Below are positions 1 to 13,200 of a stretch of DNA of 64,000 bases, piece by piece. Made by a program: the position numbers and the translations under genes. The DNA comes from Antedon mediterranea (taxonomy: Eukaryota; Animalia; Echinodermata): the NCBI RefSeq assembly GCF_964355755.1, contig NC_092671.1:7068001-7132000 (forward strand), read 5' to 3'. The notes below the pieces were generated by a model. That model saw only the letters and a program-made list of their open reading frames with translations, ran no database searches and had not been told where the DNA came from. Positions within the stretch are counted from its first letter, which is position 1. The number at the start of each line of letters is the position of its first letter.

Positions 1-2819
1 CTGATTTGTGGTATATGTTACATACATCAACCATTGGTTTATCCACCTATTCTTACAAACTTTACCAAGGTTATTAAATCATCAACGTCCTAGTCTAATT
101 ACATTACTTTTTGTAGAAGCATGTAAATGTCAGAAATCATTGTTTTTGTAGCGTTTCTTCTAATAAAGCATGGAAAAGTCAAACTATGTTTAATTATTTT
201 TATTAACACGTCGTGCCAGAAAGGTGGCTGATAAAAATATATTAGGTTTTAATAAATGATTCTGAAAAAGGCTGAAACATGTAATCATGGCCTTAACACT
301 AATTGTCTGAAGTAAAACGTGATTTGCCTAAAGTTTGGCATATTATGACATTTCAAAACATGAAACACGATAAATACACCATAACTTTGGCAACATCTCT
401 CAAATCAATAGTCATGGTTGCGACAGTATTTATGGAGCATGTGTATTTTTTAATTATTTAAAAATTGTTTACAAGGGAAGAAGTAGAAAAGAGTGACATT
501 ACTAAAACTTAGTTCCTAACTTGGAGTGAGTTGACCAATCACAAGAACAGTTCGGTGCACTTACGTGCAACCAAAAACCTCCCTGGTGCAACCTAACAGT
601 TTGATTGCTTTTTTCATCTTTCATTAACTAATACATAATGCATGTAATTCGATAACAAGCTGTGATGCGCAATGTCAATGTACCACATTCAATAAATTGA
701 TTACATGTAATTTATTTGAGATAATAACTTTAGCATGTACTTGCGGTGTTTACTTCTAGCAAACATTATTTTTTTGGTAACGAAGTTTCCGGTATCATGT
801 TGCAGGCATCTATTTGAATTGTTTGCTGTTAAGGATGTTTATTACTTCATTGGAAACATTTATTTCTCTCCAATGTGATTACATTTTAAAGTACTAACAC
901 AACTAATAACAAATAAGGGGGAAACAACATAGCGATTGGAAAGAGAGGATTTGAGGCACGCGTCCCATTTTTATCTTTTCTCAACGCGCTGGATTTGCCA
1001 CTGTTTGCATTTTCGTGTGCTGTTTTTCTTGTTTGTGTGTATGACGTCATCTTGTTGTGTTGTTTAACTGCTGCTTCTGTTGCTTTATGATGACGTTGAC
1101 CTATGTTGACATTGTGTTATTAACATCATTTTTGTCTTGAAGACTAATGCTTTGGGGTGTGATGTTGATAGGTCTGGCTAAGTACGTTGTTTTGATTTTC
1201 TCTGGGATGCGTATGATGTGCTTGCTTGTCTCGATGACATTATTGTTGATCATGATGGCTATGCGACTACATGTACAGTATCTACATTAGTTTAAACGGT
1301 TTACAGTTTGGATTGGAAATCAGTAATCCTAACTTTATTTTAAAAATATGTTTATCTGTATTTTATTGAACATCTATCGCATTAGTTTTATTATTGATTT
1401 GATTATTAATTGATGATTTTTAGTGGTGTTTTTAGGTGTGAAAAATGAATTCCAATGTACCTTTTTCTATAAACTAAATGTTTCATTTCTGTTTAAAATA
1501 GGAAGACAAATATAAAATTATAATTTTCAATAACGAAATTAAAAAAACTACTACGTACTTTGTACGTTTATTTAAAATGATCACACCTACACACCTTCCT
1601 TTCTAAATACAATAATTACCAAAATAAATTGTTTTTTAAGATCAATTAAAATAAATCCTATGGTATACATTATACGACTAATTAGAATTCCTAATTGTGT
1701 ATTTAAGTCACGTAATATCATAAAGGTTGAGTATTAATTGATTTTTTTGCTTAAACGAACTTACAACGCTACGAGAAAAGTGATTCATTATTTCATTCAT
1801 TAGAAAAAGGGGTGCGTAATTATAGCGTGTCATTATAACCGATTTTCTTATTATTTTAACAATATTAAAGAATTCACAAATTTTATAAGTGAAAAGTTTC
1901 CTCCATTGAAAGACCACTCTATCATAAGACATTCAATTTTAGACCACATTTCTGTCACCCTTCGACTATGACGGAACCTAATTGCTCCGTAATAACCAGT
2001 AAGGTTTTAGAATGCTAAAAGCCTTTTTTTGCATGATTAAAACTTGTGTTGTATGAATGTATCCTTGCCATTTGATTGGTTAATTACGTGGTGTTCAGTT
2101 CTACGGTACTTCTACGAAATGGTAAAGTGATATTTAATGGTGATATTTAATGATACTATTACATGTTCATCAGCTTTTGTTCAGAATGTTGTGCATTGGC
2201 CGAAACTAAACTTGATTTGTGCGCCGTATTTAACTGTTCAACTCCGCCACCTGAATTAAATAAAGGTTTTCAATATGTGTGTCAAGTAAGCAATTGTTGT
2301 ATTCGTTGAATGAATAGAAGATTTCATGAGTTTATTTTATTTATTTATTTAACAACATATTTATACATGATTAGACACAATCAAGTAGAAATATACTTGT
2401 TTTACATTGTGGTCCTGTCGACAAAAACGGATACAAATGTAAATACCTATACAATTAATAATAATAACAATAAAAAATATAAACTGAAAAGTTAAATGTT
2501 ATGAAAAGAAATGAGATCTGTATCTAGCTTTAAAGGACATAATCGTGGGTGAATGTTTTATATCTGCTGGCAAGTCATTCCATATTTTTCCGCCTGCAAC
2601 TTTAAAAGACGAATTTATTTAGACCGGCCCTCCAACGTAGAACATTCAAACTCTCAATTCATGAAATTTCTCGCATTCAACTCACTATATCAAAATAACC
2701 AATGGGTTCTTAAATACATTTATATACTTTTACCATATTAAATATCTATGTCTGTATTTCAGAAATTCAAGGTAGCTTTAATAATACCATTAGGAATCAA
2801 CTAGCTCATTGTTTACACC

Positions 2820-5607
2820 ATGGGACAGACCAGGTGTTGTGTGGTAGGCCTATTACTTTTTGCGTTGATGGTGAGTTTACTGATAACAAGATCATCGGCG
2901 GATACAAAGGAGGAACGAGAGCTTTCCGATAAAGGTAAACAAATTAATCAAAGTATATTGAAATATGAATCAATAAAATATAATTTATTTTTAGACTATG
3001 ACGTCACATAACAGATATATTTCAATTTAATATCTAGGCCTATAGTTCTAGATCTAGTTCCAGGTACGAATATTAGACCTTTAATGAATATAAGCATGTG
3101 CTCATTATTGCTTCTATTTGATTAATTTACCATTTTTTTATTGATTATATAATTATATGAGTGACAATAAAGTATTTACACCATAGATCTAATTTTCATG
3201 AAACTGACCCCTCTGAGACGTAGTCCTTTCGTGTCTATGATGACGAGAAATTGGAAAAACTATTATGTTGCGGACCACATGAAATTCATCCATTCGTACG
3301 AATCAACTCACTATATCAAAAGTTACATACATCTTTTCAATATTCTTACTAAAATAAAACATTTTTGAAAGTTGAGCTAATACATTTTGTTTGAACGCTT
3401 TCAGATTTCACTCCAATATCTATGGTTTCTTGGTGGGTCATACATTTACACAACAGTGTCGGAAAGAACAAACGAAAACCCTGTTAATAAAGTTATCAGC
3501 GTGTTAATATTGCCATGATTCCAGAAGAGAAGGTTGAACTTTGGAATCAATTGTGATTGCCGAGTAGGCCTACAATGGACAAAGTACTTCATCCATTTAG
3601 ACTGTGACGGAATGCGATGAAAATAAACGGAAATGAATTGGTTATTGTCAATAGAAAATCAATTTACCCGGAAGCAAACAATCTTATTTACTTAGCGTAA
3701 TAGTTTTTTTTTTAAAGAATGTAGTTAAAACTGGCCTTCTTAAAATCAAATTCTGACAATTTGAGCGATTAGTTTTTCTATCGGTAAGACAACTTTTCTT
3801 TAATTCTATCATAGTTTTGCCGGCAATTAGAGAAAGATGATTCGTTTTGGTTAATATTTTTGGCAGACGATAACTCTGAGCGCGCCAAAAACACTTTTGG
3901 ACTTCTTTCCAATCTTTATAGTTTATATTCCACGGTAATTAAAATCTCTAAAGCTAATTTGTGAATGTCAATGCATACGCACCATAAGTAGAAGTCACGG
4001 AAGATAATCGTTCAATAATATATCTCTGTCCTAAATTAGCATATAGCAACAAAAAAACACATTAAAGTACTTTATAGATAGATCGTCTGATAGCTATAAC
4101 TACCCCCACACAAATCACGTATTTTGTCTTCAAGTTTAGGCTATGTAGGCCTATTAATTAATTTAATAACGATTACAAAAGAAACAACAAACCACGCACG
4201 TGACATGGTTTCAGTACGGAGGGATATTCTGAAAATCGACATGTGGAAGATTCATGAAGGAATTAGAACTTTAAAAGCTGCAGTTCTGATATGGGATCGT
4301 ACGTAAAGATCTGTCTACTATCAAAGTCTATGTGACAAAAATGGGTGATGTGCCCATATATGGACACGATGATGTCATATCACTACCATATTTGGGCGTA
4401 ATGCTACAATATTTGGGCATATCATATTTTTTGTCAAAGTAGTTTGATAGTGTATACAGGGCTTAAGTTCTGTGGGTATTATGCTTTAACTAAATCAGAA
4501 ATAAATGTTTCATTTTTAAATGAAAGAAGTCGTCGAATATCTAACCGCCCCCCTCCCCCCCCCCCCCCCCCGCTACAAACAAATCTCTTCAGAATGGTGG
4601 ATGTGATCTTTAAGAAACTACTCGTGCAGGTTTATGTTGCTCGAGGATGGAATTCCATCATTATTGATTAGTGTGAAAATTGCAACAACAATTATCAGTC
4701 ATATGTGTAAAATCTTTGAACCTCGTTAAATAATCGTTATGTCATTAGTAGTGCAATTGGCCGGTGTGGTAACAGTTAGATAAATTATTCAAATATGATA
4801 CGTTTATATTTTATATTCTACTAATCATTTAAAGACTGGCCTAGCAGTTGGATTTAACTAATAAAGATCTTGTTTGTATTAAATCCCGAGTGAAACCCCA
4901 GGCTAACATATTCTTTTAATCAAAAGAGGATGTTGAAATACTAAAGTCAATGTGATCAATTTCAACGTTAGGCAATTAATAGTTTGATAAGATATTTAAA
5001 TAACTATTATTCGACGTGATTTACATTATCAAAATCAATTTTTTTTTTAATAATATTAATAAGTTTACGTTAACAATTTCCAATAATGGAAATCAATCCA
5101 ATTATTAATTTAAAAATCTGAAACGAACTATGTCATGTATCATTGTTTAAAAACAAGAAAGATAACTGGACGCATTTTTTTTATGTTTAACAAATTTAGT
5201 TACTTCTTGATATACAAGTGCATATAACGCTAACGTCGATATTATTACTCTGCTTTACACTACAGAGGATAATTAAACTTTAAATTACTGACGTCTGTAT
5301 ATAATAATCGTTTAATTACACACGTACGTAAACGTTATTTTATTTAAATTCTGTATTCATGATGTTTTCTTTCTCTTCCACAGAACGTGTAGCGATAGGT
5401 TCAATACTCTCCGGTCAACGGCGTCCATGGCGCTATGGGCGAAGATCGTGGAATCCTAGGCCAGATCAAGAGAATTCTCTGTACAATGCTAAAGTTGCCG
5501 ACTTGTTACGCCAACAAGCAACAGAGCAGAACGAATACGACAACTATATCAAATCGCTCATTTCAAATAATATACCACTTAAGCCGATAGAATGGGATGA
5601 AGAATAA
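2820..5607 (+). CDS. PrRP: PrRP/sNPF-type (formerly 'NPY-like') echinoderm neuropeptide precursor, 112 aa, 2 coding exons
   Basis: Exons are 2820-2934 (ATG...GAT AAA G|GTAAAC) and 5384-5607 (ttctcttccacag|AA CGT...TAA). The phase-1 junction gives MGQTRCCVVGLLLFALMVSLLITRSSA-DTKEERELSDKERVAIGSILSGQRRPWRY-G-RR-SWNP...EWDEE*. It has a hydrophobic signal peptide and a C-terminal RY followed by the GRR amidation/cleavage signal. The ILSGQ...RY-amide resembles ophiuroid PrRP-type peptides as I recall them. An upstream acceptor at 2761-2762 implies a 5'UTR exon. AATAAA at 5636-5641. Confidence 0.88.
4306..4464. mobile_element. Short MITE, family with AGCTCTGTCTACACTATCAAAC-like TIRs (PIF/Harbinger-like)
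   Basis: Imperfect terminal inverted repeats (agatctgtcta-ctatcaaa...tttgatagtgtatacagggct) with an internal GATGTGCCCA/TTGGGCA palindrome. Related copies lie at about 15630-15762, 48988-49110 and, as a fragment, 63419-63460. Confidence 0.65.
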
Positions 5608-8600
5608 TTAAGAAGTTATGTGGTGGTGTTATAACAATAAATAAGGGTTATTTTTAGTGTATTTATGTTCGCGTTTAATCTACCTTAACACCTGTGGTTC
5701 AGGGAGCTATAACATTGTAAAATAAATCGAAATAACGGATACCGTAATAAGAGCGCATAAAAAAAGAATCGTTTAAAAACAATCTATATTTTGTTCTCTA
5801 TATTTAATGAAAATTGTAATTTATATAATACTATAATATTAGTTGAATTATTGAAAATATTAAACATTGTTTTTTGTTGTTTTTTTTTTGTTGCAATCAT
5901 ACAAGTAAGAGTTATAAACTTTAATTTGGGTGAAATCTCGTTAGTGCTGCAGTATTTTAGTGTAACAACGGACGCAAACCAGCAGTCAATGAACAGGCCA
6001 AGTACAATTAATTAATTAGTGTTATTTACTATTTTTCTGTTTATTAATGTAGATCACAGTGCAAAGGGATAATTATATACCTAAGCATGATATTTATATA
6101 TATAGTGTGTATATAATATGATAAGTTATGTAATTTCAACATTTTTCTTAAGAAATTACAACCTATTGAGCTAAAAGATAGTGTAGTGTTCAACGAATGA
6201 ATCTTTATTGTATTCAATTGTTTTGAAACGAATAAATGGCGTTAGTTCCAACGGCCTTCGTTTATCGACCAATAATTGCAGTAATGCCTCATTTTGATAT
6301 ATATGCAGTTTATAAAACAAACAGAAAGCATCGAAAGATACGACCTACATAAAATAAGTCATATTATTAGCAGAGTACAGATCAGTAGGCGGAATTATAA
6401 ATGTGGTATTTCTGGTCAAACGCCTTCATGGCTAGGCTAAATAACATACAGAAAGTAGGCCTTCCATAAAATTCCATTTCACAAAAAATCAATGAATTGA
6501 TAAAGACGAGGTTTATGGGTGGTGGTAGTGTGTGTGTGCGGTCTATCTAACATTCTAGAAGTAGACAACAAGTTAAATTTTAAAAATCTTTACATTGAGG
6601 AAGAGACCAGCCTTTAAAATGATGATAGTATGTCAGAAAAAAGTTTACGTAATGAAAAATATCACTATTTTTACGATGAACATTATTAAATTAGTTACAG
6701 ATAAAAATGGTCATGTTTTAAAAGGTACGTTTCGTATGTGGATAGAGCTGAAAAGATATAATAACTTGATTCATGATACTTTGATACTGGCAAATTTTTA
6801 AACGTGGATTTTGGCGAAAGGGTACAATCATGCACCCTCTTTTGCAGTGCCAATTTACCCATTTAAAAACTTGAATATTCTGTTTACATATGAATTATTA
6901 GTCTCGCAATAAGCGATATGAAAATGTTCATAATTGTTGCTGTCAAATGGTATATCGCGCGACCTCTCTAGTGCCCCTTCTATCCATTCTCTACGGTTGT
7001 TGATTATCGAATAACAACGGACATGTAAATATGTATTTAACCTATCATCACTCCAACATTATTGTATTTAAATTATTTTCTTTCCCGTATGACATAATAA
7101 TAATGTAACATGAATTATGGGTAATCATTCATACTAGAATATTAAACATCATACAAAAGATGGCAGACAGGAATAATAACTCCAAGACATATCCCATGAC
7201 AGCCAATCTAAACTTACCTTCCGAAATAGAATACAATTTATTTATTTTTGATTAGGTGCATTGTAACGGGACGAATATAATGGTGAAAGATTTACATTTT
7301 AACACTATCAAATTAATTGGAGCAAATAGCGTGCATATGTCCGAGGATGATGCAGAACTTATAATGTACATTTTAATGAATCTTTAACAGAAATAAAAAT
7401 GAGTTTAATCACCCATCATATTAAGGAATATCAATATTTATCAATAAACAAGAATAAAAACAAATGTTTTGGTTGATTTAACGAGGTTTTCATAATTTCT
7501 TTAATCTCAAGTACAATTAAGAAAGTGGAATTACAAAATTAGGGAAAATAAAGCAATATTTCTCCGAGAGGATCCCTTTTGATTTTAAGACAGATCATTT
7601 TTTTATTGAATTATCCTTGAAATATATTATATACTAAATATTTTTCCTTAAATTTCTTAATAATTTTACTTAAGTTACGTTAAAGATACATATTTGAGAG
7701 ATGGCAAGTATTTACGATACAAGGTAGAATGAACTGAACGTGTTACGTTATGTATAGTTATAACATACCGAAGCGTTATACAGTGAATATTGATTAATTG
7801 TGTAAGAGAGACTAATTTAGCTACACGTTCCTTGTAAAACTAATGTCCGGATCAATAGAATGTCCCAAGAGGTGATGATATTGTCTATAGCAACGTGTAT
7901 GTAGAAATGCGAGAGATTTTTCTGTTTAAAATGCTATACTTATTTAAACAAATAAACGCAAATTAGCCGAAGTGTAACGCTAAAGGGTGAATTTGAGAAA
8001 ATCAAATTTATTCAGAAATCGTCTGGGAATACAAATCAAGAGCGAAAGGTCAAAAGCCGTCAGTTTTCCTGACGAATGAACTGCAGATGATACATTGGAA
8101 AACGACATGACGTATTTCTTAATTATCGAATTAAAATGATAAAAGCATGTTCTGAATTCTAAAAAAATATTCTTAATTTTGTACTTAATATTGCAGTTAA
8201 CGATTGATGGTAACTTTTTACTATTTATTATTCACATGACATGACGATGGTGGTCATGTGTTTTTTTTTCCAAAGAAATAAGGCCTAAAGATACAGGTAT
8301 TATTCATTACTTAGATGTATTATAAGTTGATATTTTGGTGATTTTAGACCAATGAAAAGCCCACATAAAGCAGGACGACATTAGACGAAGCAATGTTTAC
8401 AAAAAGATGTCGTTAATAGTACGTAGGCCTACACCTCAGTATTAATAATACTTTATTCGTGCTTGCTTACCTTAGTGAATTCGTAAATTCATTCCGGTGC
8501 TTTATTTGCCTCTATATCGGTGTCCATTTATACAATACTGCAGTATATTGAATATAGTTACCGATTGTAGGCCTATACACCAAAACCTTATAAGATACTT

Positions 8601-9369
8601 CTTAATTACAGAAACTTACCTTACACTACATCGAGTAATCGTCGTGGACCTACAGTTGTTAAAGTGTAGTTTAAGGTAGTTCAAATCGTAGTTTAATCAT
8701 AATTTTCATTTCTAATAAACAGGAATGTATGTTTTTATCGTACATTTTAAAGTTTTCCTGGCGAATTAACATATTTTTTTCCAGGCTTACTTAGGCCAAT
8801 CAATCGGCGAGGACAAGAAAACCGGCTCACTTGTCTTCGTATCCCTGCTTCCGCATTTTATGTTACGCAATATTAGTTCTGATAATAAACGAATTGCATG
8901 ACGGGAATACGTAAGGTGAATTGAGCACTTGAATACAGGTGTCAACGTTTCAGTAAAAATGCATCGACCGTCTTTAACAATGGTTATTCATGAGATATGT
9001 TTAGCCCGTAGCACATACAGGACAGTATATCTTGGGTATCAGGCGGAATTTAAAATACCTCAAATAGTAGTATACTTCCGCGCGCCACTTTAGGTTTTTA
9101 GTTATGTTTATTATTTCTCCCTTTGGCGGCCTGGGTTTGATTTTGGTTTAAACGATTACTACTCGTGTATGGTCTTTTTAAATAGATTAGTTTAGAGAAA
9201 ATCATCACCCTATTCTCGATACTGTATCTAGATTTTTCCAGTATCATAGAAACACTTCGTAATTACATCATAACCTGTTAATACATCATCACATGTGTTT
9301 CCAAATACTGAAATTAATCTTTTGTGGTACAACCACTCCTTTTTTATACTTAGTTTATGATATTTAGAC

Positions 9370-10194
9370 GGGTGTCACGAAACCTAAGACCACGAAAGCT
9401 AAGACCCCTAAGACCTAAGATCACGAAAGCTAAGACCCAAGACCTAAGATTACAAATTCTAAGATATACTACAGCTTAAAAGCAATACTTGTTTATCCAT
9501 ACATAATTTTAAACACAGTAGGTTTCATTTATTACCATAAATATAATTAAATACTACCGCAAAAACATAGATAAACTCACATTATTTTCGCCCGTTGAGT
9601 AAATGTTTATTTTTTTCAAACAAACTTGACGGGTTATTTGTTATATATTTACTCCATTGTGTTGGTTCAGAGGATGTTTTTCTTACGCACCTGCCTTTCT
9701 TGTATTTTGACTCCAAATTTGTTGACTAACTTTATCCTGAATACCACACTTTAAAATTAGGATTTATAAGTACTTTCAGACGGAGAAACACATAAAAACA
9801 AATAAATAAATCCTTTAAATTGATGATTTTACAGACCTCGAGCTCCCCCCATGCTCAATGTTTTTGTTTCTATGGAGCGCCAAAAGAGCAACAACAATAG
9901 TAACAAGTATAAAAACAGAAAGAAAACGAAACAAATCATGATTTTTAAATTAAAATTTATTTGCCAGTATTTATTTCTTCGTACTTGCATGATTATACTA
10001 TTATCATTACAATTTTAATTTTACATTGTTCCATCCACACTGTAGATGGACTCCACACAGAGTTTTCAGCCCTCTATATAATTTTTACTCTTTTGACGTT
10101 CCATAGAAACAAAAACATGGTCTTGGGTCTTAGCTTTCGTGATCTTAGGTCTTAGGGGGTCTTAGCTTTCGTGGTCTTAGGTTTCGTGACACCC
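9370..10194. mobile_element. Non-autonomous Mutator/Foldback-like TIR element, 825 bp
   Basis: ~75-bp near-perfect TIRs (GGGTGTCACGAAACCTAAGACC... / ...GGTCTTAGGTTTCGTGACACCC) built from CTAAGAC subrepeats. A perfect 10-bp TSD, ATATTTAGAC, sits at 9360-9369 and 10195-10204. No ORF. Confidence 0.9.
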
Positions 10195-10271
10195 ATATTT
10201 AGACCGGTTTTTTATTTCTGTTGTTTGTTTCTTTCCTGCTGTTATGCACAAACTAGATCGAGCACATTTAT

Positions 10272-13200
10272 CTGTAGCAGGGTTGCTAACTTCCATTTTT
10301 TATGAAGATTGTGCATTTTGTGACAAAAGCACCAAATTTGGCACAAACCTTCTTTAGGGTATATCTAAAAATCCTAGAAGGGGTGCCCAAAAATCGGAAC
10401 AATTTAACGACGTCATTTGGACCACGCCCTTTTTTTAGTATTACGTAATTAGGAGAAAACTTAAATTTCGTATATACATACCAAGTTTGGTATCAAATTA
10501 AAACTCATGACATGTACATTGCAATACACACATAAAAAATATATGATTTCTCTTCAGACGGAATATATAGGTCAAATAATGTAATTTTCTGTCATATTGA
10601 AGGGGATTTCAATCAAAACGCGCCAATATTGTGCTATGTTATGAACATTGTAGTTATAAGAACAACAACATTTATTTTTGTAATAGAACTACTAATATAT
10701 ATATATCCTGTACCAGTTACCGTACTTTCCTTTAACATAATATTAGGAACCACTGAAAAAAAGTATATAAAACATATATATATAAGTAAACAGACAAAAG
10801 ACCATTTGACTGACAATTATGGCGTTAGCATCCATAACAATACATGGAGGTGATTATCAACTTTACTTTATGAAATTATTTATCTGGAATCAAACACTTA
10901 TAATGGTACAGAGTTGCTAGATGACGAACAAGTTCCACGGCATGGGTAACAAAGACCAGTGCAAGAAAGACCTGCTGAACGGCACTTGCAGTTCCCTGCA
11001 GCCACACTTTAGCAATTCCCTACACATGCCTTGGATGCTTCAGGTAGTATGGTCCAGACTGGTGTCCATGTTCTGGTGATGGAGCATTCTGCTGTGGCTG
11101 TAGACTGGTGGTCCAATTGCTTGCTTGGTATATGGATCTGTTGGAATGCTGTAAAAGTGCATCCTGCAATAAACAATTTAAAGATTGGTGTTACCTTTTA
11201 ATGAAAGAAAAAAAATGAACCTGATAATAAATTATTAAACCACAATTGCTCCCCTTACCTGTGTAGGAGGAATGTTGTCCATTGTCCGTGCCTTTCTTAA
11301 AAAAAGATCTTGTCTTAGCTTTGTAACACTTCTTAAAGTCTTGTAGTATAGATGACATGTAAAATTCCTCTAGCAACTGGAATTGAGATGAGTTGACTCC
11401 TAGAGGTTTGAAAGGCTTCTGTGACTGCTGGAAATGAGTTCCACGTCTCCCATGCGGAGTGTTTTGCTTTTCCGAAGAACTGGGAAGTAAATGCATGGAA
11501 AACTGGCAGCTCTCTTGACTTATCCTCTCTTAGGTTATGGCAGATGGTATTTATATTAAAATATTGGAAGTGCTTACCCATGCCAAATGCGACCCAGATA
11601 CACGTACCAGGATAACAGGCTATTAGATTGCAGAAAATACCAACCAGGATAACAATGACATCAGTATCAACTGTACGCACCAAAATAACCCTGCTACCTT
11701 TTAATGCACATCCTGGAGTCGGTCTCTTCATGGTTGCAGATTGACATAGGCTGAGTAGATGTCCGGGATACATCAGACTCGCCTACAGGACATATATCAA
11801 GAATTACATACTAATCTAATATGCCTTTTAAATTAATTATTGGTACGAAACTGTATAAGTAAATTAATCGTTTGGTTACAAACAAAATAAATTAGTATGT
11901 ATCATAATAAAACTTACCTGATGTAATGTAAACTTCTTTGCAGTCAGAGTAATCATGGGTAGACACCTTCGTAGTTAAAAAGTTAAATAACTCCTCTTTA
12001 TTTACTGGATCTTTCAGAAAGTCTGAAAAATTCCATGGAATCTTTGTTTGTCCCCCAACTTTCCTCCTGACCCCTTTTCCTCTTTTTTTCTCTTGTAGAC
12101 TGCTTAAGACTATCTGTTCTGTAAGTGTCCCACACTATATCAATTCTGTTACTATTCTGCAGCTGCTGTCTGGTCCATGGTAGAAAGACCTGTCATACAA
12201 ATGATACAAGAATAACGATCCGCATATAGAAGTGACCAATTATGTGGTGGTTAAACAATAGATACAATCCTGAATGCAAAGAAATGTACTCACCTTATCA
12301 CCGTAGTCATAACATGTAAATGCATGGTTGCTGGAAAGAGCATGGACAATAGCAGCTCCGTCAAACACCTTTACGTCAAAATATGTAGGAGTTTCAGGCT
12401 GGCCTTCAGTCTCCAAATGCTGTAGCAACTCAGACTTCTTAGTTGGTAGTCGAAGCTTTCCATTTACTGCCAAAGAGGGTGGCCATGGCTGGTTTTAATG
12501 CATGAAGAAGTCTTCCAAATCTCCATCACGAGATTGACTTGCAATATACAGTCGACTGAATAGGCTGCAGTCACTTTTTAAACTCTTAACTTGTTGCTTT
12601 GTTTTGGACACTGATTTTTACCGTGGTGTGTTGAACAACGGCAGCTTATTGTGTTTGATGGCTTGTTGAATTGCAACACTTCTGTCGAGAATAACTTCCT
12701 TGAAATATTTTTGGTACTGAGTAGTACCTACATCCTGAATTGTACGAACTGTCACTACTGGACTTTCATTGTCACAATCTCGAGCATCCAAGACCAGAAG
12801 TTCTGAACAATTATCGAGGAATGGGTTGCCTGCATTTGAAATTGTTTTGTGTAGCCTGTTGACCTGAACTTTATATGTTTCTTGGGTAGAGAGTCCTTGT
12901 TCTCGTTGCTGAAAGTCATTCGGATCATAAACCATGAACTGACTCTCGAACTCTGTAATCAGTCTCGCTTGTTCTGGCTCCGCCACCATCCACCTCTTAA
13001 ACGCTGTTGGATTTTCTGTAAGTCCAACTGCACCCCCAGTTCCTTTTACTAATTCATTGTTCTGCTCATGAGATTGGTCAATGGGCATACAGGAGAACTT
13101 TCTTGTTGTTTTTGAAATAACCCAGAACTTCTTAAAATCTTCTTTGATATTTACAGGTAGTGTATTCATGTCCCTAATGTGGATGGGAATTGCCTTTTTG

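Noticed and set aside
4444-4671. Polyproline ORF as a possible PRAD partner for the WAT peptide
   Set aside because: The prolines come from a poly-C tract in the neuropeptide intron. There is no ATG start, signal peptide or splice support.
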